Assembly: GCA_963705305.1 (NCBI GenBank)
Contig: OY970067.1
Coordinates: forward strand, 3,360,001 to 3,424,000
From: an uncultured Methylomirabilota bacterium
GTDB lineage: Bacteria; Methylomirabilota; Methylomirabilia; Methylomirabilales; 2-02-FULL-66-22
Direction: 5' to 3'
Length of the DNA: 64,000 nucleotides
Shown piece after piece: positions 1 through 7,996 of this stretch (position 1 is its first letter; every line of letters starts with the position of its first letter). The notes under the pieces were generated by a model. The model had not been told where the DNA came from and searched no databases. It worked only from the letters and a program-made list of their open reading frames with translations. Both the position numbers and the translations under genes were made by a program.

Positions 1-1563
1 CGGCTCTACTACCAGTTCTACCAGGTGGATGTGGACCGCTACCACCTGGCGGATGGGTACCACCAGGTGATGCTGTCCGCCCGCGAGCTGTCCGCGCAGC
101 TCCCCGCCGAGGCCCAGACCTGGGTGAACCAGGAGCTGCAGTTCACCCACGGCTACGGCGTCGCCATGAGCTTCGTCTCGAAGGCGGTCGGGGGCGGCTT
201 CCCGCAGTACCTCATCGAGAACATCCCTCCCGAGTCCGCCTACGGCCTCCCCATCACCCAGCCGTCCATCTACTACGGCAGGTCGATGCCGGGCTACCGG
301 ATCGTCGCGACCGGGGTCAAGGAGCTCGACTACCCCAAGGGGAATCAGAACGTCTACACGAGTTACACCGGCACGGGCGGCATCCCGCTGGACCGCCTGT
401 GGAAGCGGCTCCTGTTCGCCTGGACCCAATCCGACCCCAACATCCTGCTCACCTCGTATCTCCGGCCGGAGAGCCGGATTCAGCTCTGGCGGAACGTGTC
501 CACCCGGGTGGCGCAGATCGCGCCGTTCCTGCAGCTCGACGGCGACCCGTACGCCGTGGTGAGCGAGGGCAAGCTGTACTGGATCCAGGATGCCTACACC
601 GTCTCGGACCACTTCCCCTACGCCAGCCCCCACGCGGCGGGCTTCATGCAATCGCTGAACTACATCCGGAACTCCGTCAAGGTCGTGGTGGACATGTACG
701 ACGGCACGGTCCGGTTCTACGTCATGGATCCGACCGACCCCGTGTTGGCCGTCTACCGGCGGGCGTTCCCGGGCGTGTTCCAGGACCTGAGTCAGCTGTC
801 GGCGGACCTGCGGGCCCACCTGCGGTACCCGGAGGACCTCTTCGCCATCCAGGCCGACCTGTACCGGACCTTCCACATGACGGTGCCGCAGGTCTTCTAT
901 AACCGGGAGGATCTCTGGGTGCCCCCCCAGGAGGAGTATGCGGGCAACACTCTCCCCATGCGGCCGTACTACATCCTGATGAAGCTCCCCGGCAGCGACC
1001 AGCTCGAGTACCTGCTCATGACCCCCTTCACGCCCCAGAACCGGGACAACATGATCGCCTGGATGGCCGTCCGGTGCGATGCGCCCGAGTACGGGAAGAT
1101 GCTGTTCTACCAGCTCCCCAAGGAGAAGCTGATCTACGGCCCGATGCAGATCGAGGCGATGATCGATCAGAACACCACGATCTCCGAGCAGCTGAGCCTC
1201 TGGGACCAGAAGGGGTCGCGGGTCATCCGCGGGAACCTCATCCCGGTGCCGATCGAGAACTCCTTCCTGTATGTGGTGCCGGTGTACCTCACGGCGGCCG
1301 GCACGAACTTCCCCCAGCTCAAGCGCGTCATCGTGATTGCGGGGGACAAGGTGGCGATGGAGCCGACCCTCGATGAGGCCGTCCAGGCCGTCTTCGGGAC
1401 CCAGCCCCCCGGGACGCCCGCGCAGGCGGTCCGCCCGCAGCCGGAATTGGGCCAGGCGCAGGCACAGTTCGAGGCGGCCCAGCAGGCCATGCAGCAGGGG
1501 AACTGGGCAAGCTTCGGCAAGGCGATGGAGGCGCTCAAGCACGTGCTGACCCCGGCCCACTAG
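1..1563 (+). CDS. UPF0182 family membrane protein (5'-truncated by window edge)
   Basis: Frame is open from base 1. Characteristic UPF0182 motifs: DVDRY, QVMLSAREL, FTHGYG, APFLQLDGDPY, WIQDAYT, NYIRNSVKVVVDMYDG, HLRYPEDLF, IYGPMQIEAMIDQ, PQLKRVIV. Confidence 0.93.
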   Translation, partial: RLYYQFYQVDVDRYHLADGYHQVMLSARELSAQLPAEAQTWVNQELQFTHGYGVAMSFVSKAVGGGFPQYLIENIPPESAYGLPITQPSIYYGRSMPGYRIVATGVKELDYPKGNQNVYTSYTGTGGIPLDRLWKRLLFAWTQSDPNILLTSYLRPESRIQLWRNVSTRVAQIAPFLQLDGDPYAVVSEGKLYWIQDAYTVSDHFPYASPHAAGFMQSLNYIRNSVKVVVDMYDGTVRFYVMDPTDPVLAVYRRAFPGVFQDLSQLSADLRAHLRYPEDLFAIQADLYRTFHMTVPQVFYNREDLWVPPQEEYAGNTLPMRPYYILMKLPGSDQLEYLLMTPFTPQNRDNMIAWMAVRCDAPEYGKMLFYQLPKEKLIYGPMQIEAMIDQNTTISEQLSLWDQKGSRVIRGNLIPVPIENSFLYVVPVYLTAAGTNFPQLKRVIVIAGDKVAMEPTLDEAVQAVFGTQPPGTPAQAVRPQPELGQAQAQFEAAQQAMQQGNWASFGKAMEALKHVLTPAH

Positions 1564-1872
1564 GGACCCCCACGGGGGAATCTTCCAGCAGGGGATCCGA
1601 GGTGGCGGGGCCGCGTGAAGTGGCGAAGGAGGGGGGTGCGGACCCGAGAACTCCTGCAAGACGCGAAGAAACTCCTGGAGCGTGAACAGGTGGGGGCTGG
1701 CCGGACGCAGCTGCACAACCGGCAGCACCTCGGCAGCAAGAGGAGGGCCGGCGCGCGGGAAGAAATCCCGTCCCCCGCAGCAGGGGGCGCAGAGGTGGTC
1801 TGACCGCTGCGGCGCTACACGGGGTCGTCCACTGCGAGGGTCGGGCAACTGCTCCCAGTGCAGGCTTGTCAG

Positions 1873-2073
1873 CTAGCCGTTACACAAAGGTGTTGATAAC
1901 GGTCGGCGTTTCGCTAGTAACAGCATGAATTGGTTGACCGAATCGGAACGCCTTGTCGGGGAGGAAATCTTCCTCGATGCCAGCCCAATCCGAAAAGGAC
2001 GGAATGCGCTGTAACCACGGGGGAATCGCGCCTATTGACAAACGAATCTTCAACACCTTTGTGTAGCGGGTAG
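1873..2073. mobile_element. MITE (201 bp, non-autonomous) with IS4-family/IS50-like ends
   Basis: 24-bp terminal inverted repeats, 22/24 identical: CTAGCCGTTACACAAAGGTGTTGA at 1873-1896 and the reverse complement of 2050-2073, CTACCCGCTACACAAAGGTGTTGA. Flanked by an exact 9-bp direct repeat GCTTGTCAG at 1864-1872 and 2074-2082. The interior is AT-richer than its surroundings and has no transposase. Confidence 0.85.
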
Positions 2074-2156
2074 GCTTGTCAGAGGCTGGGGGGTGAGGCG
2101 GGCGAGGAAAAGGCGACCGCCACCTGCCGGCCGCGCTCCCGGGACGGAGGGATGTC

Positions 2157-2465
2157 ATGCCGAGTGCAGAGCGAAAACCGAGGAGCGCAGGGAAGAAGAC
2201 CCTGACCCGCCCCGGATCGCGCCGGACACCTGCCATTGCCAAGACGCCGATCATTCACCCTGAGGCAAACAGCCGTGCCCCGGATGCTCATCCCAACGCG
2301 ACTGCCGCAGGGCCCCCGCTCTCCCACGCGGAAATTGCCACCCGCGCCTATGCCCTTTTCCTGGCCCGCGGCGGCCAGCACGGGGATGCTTTGGGGGACT
2401 GGTTCCGGGCCGAGGCGGCATTGCGGGAAGAGCGGAATCCGCCAGGGAGGCCCACCGAGGGATAG
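2157..2465 (+). CDS. DUF2934 domain-containing small protein
   Basis: C-terminal EIATRAYALFLARGGQHGDALGDWFRAEAAL matches the DUF2934 pattern (I.xRAY...RG...G...DW..AE). GGAGGG RBS upstream. Confidence 0.85.
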   Translation: MPSAERKPRSAGKKTLTRPGSRRTPAIAKTPIIHPEANSRAPDAHPNATAAGPPLSHAEIATRAYALFLARGGQHGDALGDWFRAEAALREERNPPGRPTEG

Positions 2466-2837
2466 GTGGGGCCATGTCCCCGGATAATCTGTTACCCATG
2501 TTTCGGGTTGCACACCATCGAGACCGAAGAGCACGGAGGCAGGGAGGCACGGGGAGGGCGCGTGGCCGCCACCACCCGAGGGGCCCGTTCAGCCCGTCCC
2601 GCAATCCGGTCTCATGATCCATCCGCTCAGGTTGGACAACAGGGAAGACCTCCGAGGGGTGGTGTTGCGTGCCGGGTGTCCTCCGGCGGCGTGATGTTGG
2701 GGGCTGTGGGCCTGGAGGAGGGACCAGGAACCGTTGCGCTGCTCCGGTCCTTCCTTCCCATTATCGGCTGGCGGGTTGCGGAAGCTAAAGGCCGTATGAT
2801 CCCGAGATCGAGACACAACCATGAAGGAGGAGATCCA

Positions 2838-3413
2838 ATGCGCAAGCGCTCACAGATGCGGATAGCTTGGGAGGTAGGGCTCCTGGTCGGCTGCCTGCTC
2901 CTCTTCGGCTGTCCCAAGAAGCCGGAGGTCGCGCAGGCGCCGCCTTCTCCCCCGGGCCCGGCGGCGGCAGTCGTCCAGGAACAGGTGCAAGAGACGGTGG
3001 TGCAGCCGGTGCCGGCCCCCGCGCCGCCAGCCGCCGTACAAGAGACCGTCAAGGAAGAGGTCCAGGTCGTCCAAACGATCACGCTGCAGGACGTCTTCTT
3101 CGACTTCGACACGGCGGCCATTCGGGAGGACCAGAAGGCCGCCCTCGACGCGAACGGGAGCGTCTTGAAGGCGAACCCCACCCTGAAGGTCCTGATCGAG
3201 GGCCACTGTGATGAGCGGGGCACGGCCGAGTACAACCTCGGCCTCGGCGAGCGGCGGGCCACGGCCGTGCGGGACTACCTCGTGGCCGCGGGGATTCCTG
3301 CAGAGCAAATCGCTACCATCAGCTACGGCAAGGAGCGCCCCTTCGTCCTCGGGCATGACGAAACCGCTTGGCAGTGGAACCGCCGGGGCCACGTGGTGCT
3401 CCAGGGGCCATAG
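2838..3413 (+). CDS. pal: Peptidoglycan-associated lipoprotein (Pal/OmpA-C family)
   Basis: AAGGAGG RBS, lipobox LLFGC, Pro-rich linker, then VFFDFD, IEGHCDERGTAEYNLGLGERRA, ISYGKERP and NRR. Confidence 0.92.
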   Translation: MRKRSQMRIAWEVGLLVGCLLLFGCPKKPEVAQAPPSPPGPAAAVVQEQVQETVVQPVPAPAPPAAVQETVKEEVQVVQTITLQDVFFDFDTAAIREDQKAALDANGSVLKANPTLKVLIEGHCDERGTAEYNLGLGERRATAVRDYLVAAGIPAEQIATISYGKERPFVLGHDETAWQWNRRGHVVLQGP

Positions 3414-3577
3414 CCCCTCCTGGGGAGGGCAAGCAGGGAAGTTCCCGACGGGATGGAGGGGGAAGCGACCGGCGCGGGCGACCTCGGGCGCGCAGCCCGC
3501 GCCACGGAGGGTGCCGCGCCCACGGCTGTGACCCACGAAAAGAATGGGAGGGCTTGGTGATGGAGGAGGGAACGACG

Positions 3578-4126
3578 ATGCGGAAGCATTTGTATGTGGG
3601 GCTGTGCCTGCTGATGCTTGCTTCGCTGATGGGGGCTGCGGCGGACGGCGTGCGCGCGCTCAAAGGGACGGTGAAGAAGGTGGAGGCCGGGTCCAAGACC
3701 CTCATCGTCGAGACCGCAGATGGGACCGAGCACGCGCTGCATTTCCTGCGCAGCACGGCCGTCCACGGCCTGAAGAGCACGACGGAGGGAGCCCGCGCGA
3801 CCGTCCAGGACCTGACGGAGGGCAGCGACGTGGTGGTGCACTACACGCGGCGGGGGGCGGAGGAGATCGCCGTCGAGGTGGACAATGTGGGCACGGACGG
3901 CCTGAAGCGGGCGGAGGGGACGGTTGCCCGGATCGATCGGGTCGGCAAGAGGCTCATCGTCAAGACGGCGGAGGGCACCGAAGAGACCTACCGGCTCGCT
4001 GCCCACGCAGCGCAGGACGTGGGACAGACCGTCGTTAGGGGAGCCGAACAGTCGGGCAAGGTGGTGGTCTACTACGCGGACGAAGGCGGGCGGAAGGTCG
4101 CCTACTTCTTCGAGAAAGCGTTCTAG
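3578..4126 (+). CDS. Secreted protein with two tandem OB-fold-like (DUF5666-like) repeats
   Basis: GGAGGAGG RBS and signal peptide. Internal repeat KGTVKKVEAGSKTLIVETADGTE...VVVHY versus EGTVARIDRVGKRLIVKTAEGTE...VVVYY. Confidence 0.75.
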   Translation: MRKHLYVGLCLLMLASLMGAAADGVRALKGTVKKVEAGSKTLIVETADGTEHALHFLRSTAVHGLKSTTEGARATVQDLTEGSDVVVHYTRRGAEEIAVEVDNVGTDGLKRAEGTVARIDRVGKRLIVKTAEGTEETYRLAAHAAQDVGQTVVRGAEQSGKVVVYYADEGGRKVAYFFEKAF

Positions 4127-4469
4127 CGGACCCCCGGAGTCTTGGACGTGCCCGCCGACACAGGGGGTCCCGCTCCGGCGTCCCAGCCGGGGGCTGGAGG
4201 ACCGCGAACGCCGAGGAGAACGACGAAATTCATGCGCAAGAGATGGCTGAACGGCTCCGCGGGCACCCGCAACCCCTGTGCCCGCAATGTCGCGGGGACG
4301 ACGTCGAGCGGCTGTCCCCGGTGCCGGGCTGCTGTAGGCTTTTCCAGTTGCCAGGGGAGGGTATGATCCCGAGTCTCGAGAAGGACCGGGAGGAATGCAC
4401 GACCCCAGCGCACGGCGGGCCGATATCTGGCGGCCTCCCGGAGACCACACCAGACAGGAGGAGTCCCCA

Positions 4470-5396
4470 GTGAAAAAGTGGCTGGTCATCATGCTGGTGG
4501 CTCTGGTCAGTCTCGGTCTCGGGACGAAGGGCTTCGCGCAGGAGCGTAGCGGGGCGGCGAGCGGCGTCGTGGGGAGCCATCCCGCAGACGGTCCGCGGGT
4601 GAATGCCTTTCTGGTGGACAAGATCATCGGCTCCAAGGTGATGAATCTGCACGGGGAGACGCTGGGAACGATTGAGGATTTGGTCGTCGATGTCGATTCG
4701 GGAAGAATCCTGTACGCGATCCTGGACTTCGGGGGGTTTCTGGGCATCGGGACGAAGCTCTTCCCCGTCCCGTGGGATTCCCTGGCGGCGCTGCCCGTCG
4801 AAGGGACCTTCTTCCTCAATAAAACCAAAGAGCAGCTGGAACACGCCCCGGCGTTCGACCGGAAGAACGTGCCCGACCTGGCGGATACGCAGTGGGGAGC
4901 CAGCATTTTCAAGTACTATGGTGTCCCCTCCCAGTACGCCCAATGGGGGCTCCCCGGTTACGGGTATGGTCATGGGGAGTATCGCGGGTCTGGCTACCCC
5001 ATCCCTCCCGGTTCGGGGATAAATCCCGCCACACGGACAGAAGACCCCTACAAAACATTCTTTGACGCGAAAACACTAAAGACCATCTCCGGCCGGGTCA
5101 TCAAAATAGATGAAGTGCCCAAATACGGATTCGGGTTGCAACTGCGATTGACGGTGCTGACCGACACAAAGGAATTCCTGCCGGTGTACCTGGGCCCTAC
5201 CTTCTACATCGAAGGGCCGTGGCAGGCGCACCATTTTCAGTTGGGCGATACGGTCACCGTGACCGGCTCGCAGGTCACCGTGCGGGGAGAGCCGCTCATG
5301 ATTGCTATGACGGTGACGCGAGGCAAGGAAGTCTTGCGATTGAGAGACAAGGAGGGGACTCCAGAATGGATCGGATGGAAAGCCACGGGTGAGTGA
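4470..5396 (+). CDS. Secreted PRC-barrel protein fused to a C-terminal MamS/MamX-like OB-fold domain
   Basis: GTG start after AGGAGG; signal peptide ends GFA-Q. PRC-barrel: IIGSKVMNLHGETLGTIEDLVVD...YAILDFGGFLGIG...VPW...APAFD. C-terminal: ISGRV...VYLGP.FY...GDTVTVTGS...IA..V..G...LRLRD..G.PEW. Confidence 0.78.
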   Translation: MKKWLVIMLVALVSLGLGTKGFAQERSGAASGVVGSHPADGPRVNAFLVDKIIGSKVMNLHGETLGTIEDLVVDVDSGRILYAILDFGGFLGIGTKLFPVPWDSLAALPVEGTFFLNKTKEQLEHAPAFDRKNVPDLADTQWGASIFKYYGVPSQYAQWGLPGYGYGHGEYRGSGYPIPPGSGINPATRTEDPYKTFFDAKTLKTISGRVIKIDEVPKYGFGLQLRLTVLTDTKEFLPVYLGPTFYIEGPWQAHHFQLGDTVTVTGSQVTVRGEPLMIAMTVTRGKEVLRLRDKEGTPEWIGWKATGE

Positions 5397-5609
5397 TCGC
5401 CCGGAGTCCGATCGATGCGCTGGGGACATGCTTCGACCCCTCGGGTCGTGCGGCCGGGACCCGGGTCGACAGGCCGGAACAGGGGGCAGATGATCCACCA
5501 GATCGGGCTCAGGGAGAACGGGGCCCCCCCCGGAGCAGCATCACCGGTAATCGAGCGTCGAAGCAAGCTCCCAGCGGGGGCACGAGGAGAACCCTCGGAG
5601 GAGTGGCGT

Positions 5610-5888
5610 ATGGCAAGTATCGTGGAATACACCGACAAGAAGCCACCCGAGAACGGCTACCCCCGGTACATCGTTTCTCCCCCACGCTCGGGGTCCTGCT
5701 GCTTCTCCGAGATGGAGGAGCTCGGCGAGTGCCTGCGCGAGGGGGAATGGGAATACGTGTACAAGCGGTGCCGGACATGCGGCTTCGCCGTACGGCTGAT
5801 CGGGCGGGCGGTGCCAGACGAGGCGCTCCTCACGGGGCTGCGGAAGATCCTGAAGGTCGCGTTCCAGCGGAACGTCCCGGTCTTCTGA
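5610..5888 (+). CDS. Small Cys-rich hypothetical protein (CC...CxxC, putative Zn-ribbon)
   Basis: GGAGGAG RBS; 92 aa with natural composition; GSCCFSEM and KRCRTCGF motifs. Confidence 0.7.
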   Translation: MASIVEYTDKKPPENGYPRYIVSPPRSGSCCFSEMEELGECLREGEWEYVYKRCRTCGFAVRLIGRAVPDEALLTGLRKILKVAFQRNVPVF

Positions 5889-6133
5889 GCGGCCATGAGA
5901 TGCAGCCGGGGGTTTCAGTGCTCCGGCTGCCAGGCCGATGTGTTGGCGACGCCGGGGTCGGTTGGGTTCTGCATCGCCCTGCCGTTCTCCGGAGAATGGG
6001 CGGCCGAAACCGGCAAGGAGGAATCCGCCCCCGCTCCGGTCGAGCAGGAGGGTGTTCGCGCGGCTGGGCGGAATAGGCTGTGAACCGCGACGGCCGGCTG
6101 GCCGAGCCGGGCCGGCAGCAAGGAGGTTAGCCC

Positions 6134-7597
6134 ATGGGACACCCCATGCGCGTCAAGCGATGGCTGGTCGTCGCACTGATCCTGGTCGGGGGGGCCGCAG
6201 CGCTCGCGGGTGCCCTCCCGCGCGCGCAGGCCGCCGACCCGCCCCTCTGGACCGAGGGGACCCAGCCGGCGCCGGCCTACACCACTCCCTGGCCCGGCGT
6301 CGCCAAAGCGGACCTCGGGGCGGTGGTCAACATCAGCACGACCCAGATCGTGAAGAATCCCATGGCCGCCGAGGAGGGCGAGAATCCGCAGGACCCGTTC
6401 CAGCAGTTCTTCCACCAGTTCTTCGGGAATCTTCCGAAGACGTCGCAGGTCCACAGCCTCGGCTCGGGCTTCCTCCTCCGGGCGGACGGCTACATTGCCA
6501 CCAACAACCACGTCGTGGCCAACGCCACGGACGTGCAGGTGAAGCTCGCGGACGGGCGGGAGTTTCCGGCCACCGTGGTGGGCCGCGACGAGCAGACCGA
6601 CCTCGCGCTCGTGAAGATCGAAGCCACCGGCCTCCCCGTGCTCCGCCTCGGGGACTCCGACCAGCTGCACATCGGCGATCCCGTGATGGCCATCGGCAAC
6701 CCCTTCGGGCTGCAGGGGACCGTCACCACCGGCATCGTCTCGGCCACCGGCCGGGTCATCGGCGAGGGCCCCTATGACAACTTCATCCAGACGGACGCCT
6801 CGATCAACCCCGGGAACTCCGGGGGGCCGCTGGTCAACGCGGCCGGGGAGGTGGTGGGGATCAACACGGCCATCGTCTCCCAGTCGGGGGGCTCGGTGGG
6901 CATCGGCTTCGCCATCCCCATCAATGAGGCCAAGACGATCCTCCCGCAGCTCCAGGCCACCGGCCACGTAACGCGCGGCTGGCTGGGGGTGGGCATCCAG
7001 ACCGTGACCCCCGCGCTGGCCACGGCCCTGCACCTGCCGAAGGACGCGGGGGCGCTGGTGGCGGAGGTCCAGCCGAACTCCCCCGCCGCCCAGGCGGGGC
7101 TCCAGCCGGGGGACGTCATCGTCGAGTACGCGGGCCATGCCGTGGCGCAGAGCACGGACCTGCCACGCCTGGTCGCCGCCACCCCGATCGGACAGACCGC
7201 CCGCATCACGGTCCTGCGGGAGGGCCGGTCGCTGACGCTGACCGCCACGATTGCGGAGCGCCCGGGGGCCCCGGAGGAGGCCCAGGCGGCGCCGGCACAC
7301 GAAGCGCTGGGGATCAGCGTGCAGCCCCTCACCCCGGCCCTGGCCCAGCAACTGGGCGTGCCGGACCGGGCGGGCCTCGTGGTGACCGATGTGAAGGACG
7401 GCGGGCCGGCCGCCGAGGCCGGCATCCAGGCCGGGGACGTCATCATCCAGGCCGACCGGCACTCGGCGGCCACGGTGGCCGACCTCCGGAAGGTTGTGGC
7501 GGAACACCCGGCAGGCCAGCCCCTGCTCCTCTTGATCCGGCGGAAGGACGCGAGCCTATTTATCGCCGTCCCCCTGGGGGGCGGCCCGCCGGGGTAG
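6134..7597 (+). CDS. htrA: HtrA/DegP-DegQ family serine endoprotease with two PDZ domains
   Basis: AAGGAGG RBS and signal/TM segment. SLGSGF, TNNHVV (His), TDLAL (Asp), IQTDASINPGNSGGPL (Ser). Two PDZ domains (SPAAQAGLQPGDVI; GPAAEAGIQAGDVI). Confidence 0.95.
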   Translation: MGHPMRVKRWLVVALILVGGAAALAGALPRAQAADPPLWTEGTQPAPAYTTPWPGVAKADLGAVVNISTTQIVKNPMAAEEGENPQDPFQQFFHQFFGNLPKTSQVHSLGSGFLLRADGYIATNNHVVANATDVQVKLADGREFPATVVGRDEQTDLALVKIEATGLPVLRLGDSDQLHIGDPVMAIGNPFGLQGTVTTGIVSATGRVIGEGPYDNFIQTDASINPGNSGGPLVNAAGEVVGINTAIVSQSGGSVGIGFAIPINEAKTILPQLQATGHVTRGWLGVGIQTVTPALATALHLPKDAGALVAEVQPNSPAAQAGLQPGDVIVEYAGHAVAQSTDLPRLVAATPIGQTARITVLREGRSLTLTATIAERPGAPEEAQAAPAHEALGISVQPLTPALAQQLGVPDRAGLVVTDVKDGGPAAEAGIQAGDVIIQADRHSAATVADLRKVVAEHPAGQPLLLLIRRKDASLFIAVPLGGGPPG

Positions 7598-7787
7598 GGG
7601 GCCCCACAAGTAAGCCGCTGCGTTGGCTGCCCCAGGAGCGTGCATGAGGATCAATGGTTGCCGGCTGGCCGCCATCCATGCGGATGTCGCGGATAACATG
7701 GTCGAAACGGAACCGACGAACCGCGCGCCACCTCGCCGCTCAATTGGGGAAGATCCGAGCGACGGATCTGGGCCGCGACGCACTTTC

Positions 7788-7816
7788 TGGACAAAATCGG
7801 GTAAGCGCATAACCAT
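7788..7816 (+). promoter_or_regulatory. Candidate LacI/GalR-family operator overlapping a weak sigma70-like promoter of the sugar ABC operon
   Basis: GGTAAGCGCATAAC at 7800-7813 matches 10/14 of the LacI/CcpA-type palindrome TGTAAGCGCTTACA. It lies just after TGGACA (7788-7793) and upstream of the substrate-binding protein gene. Confidence 0.45.
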
Positions 7817-7996
7817 AACGGGAACCCGAGATTCGGTTTCTTGCCGACATCGCCCAGCACGAGGGTTGGGTGCTCACATGAAGGGGTAAGGTCTCAGGCG
7901 GCGCACCTCGGGGCCGCCCGGATGGGCGATCAAGAGATCGGTGGCCGGCCCTGGAGGGGCACATGCGGCAGCAAGACCGCAAGAAAGGAAAAGGAA

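Noticed and set aside
1615..1803. Short ORF with an AAGGAGG before the GTG at about 1636
   Set aside because: It has no recognisable domain and a low-complexity tail. It could be a gene remnant but cannot be supported.
5895..6083. 62-aa ORF with CxxC between the Cys-rich gene and htrA
   Set aside because: There is no RBS and the composition is atypical; it is probably intergenic.
4470..7597. Magnetosome gene cluster (MamS/X-like domain, MamE-like HtrA, distant CDF as MamB/M)
   Set aside because: There are no CxxCH magnetochrome motifs and no mamA/K/I/L/Q-like genes. The HtrA is an ordinary DegP/Q, and the CDF is CzcD-type and 17 kb away.
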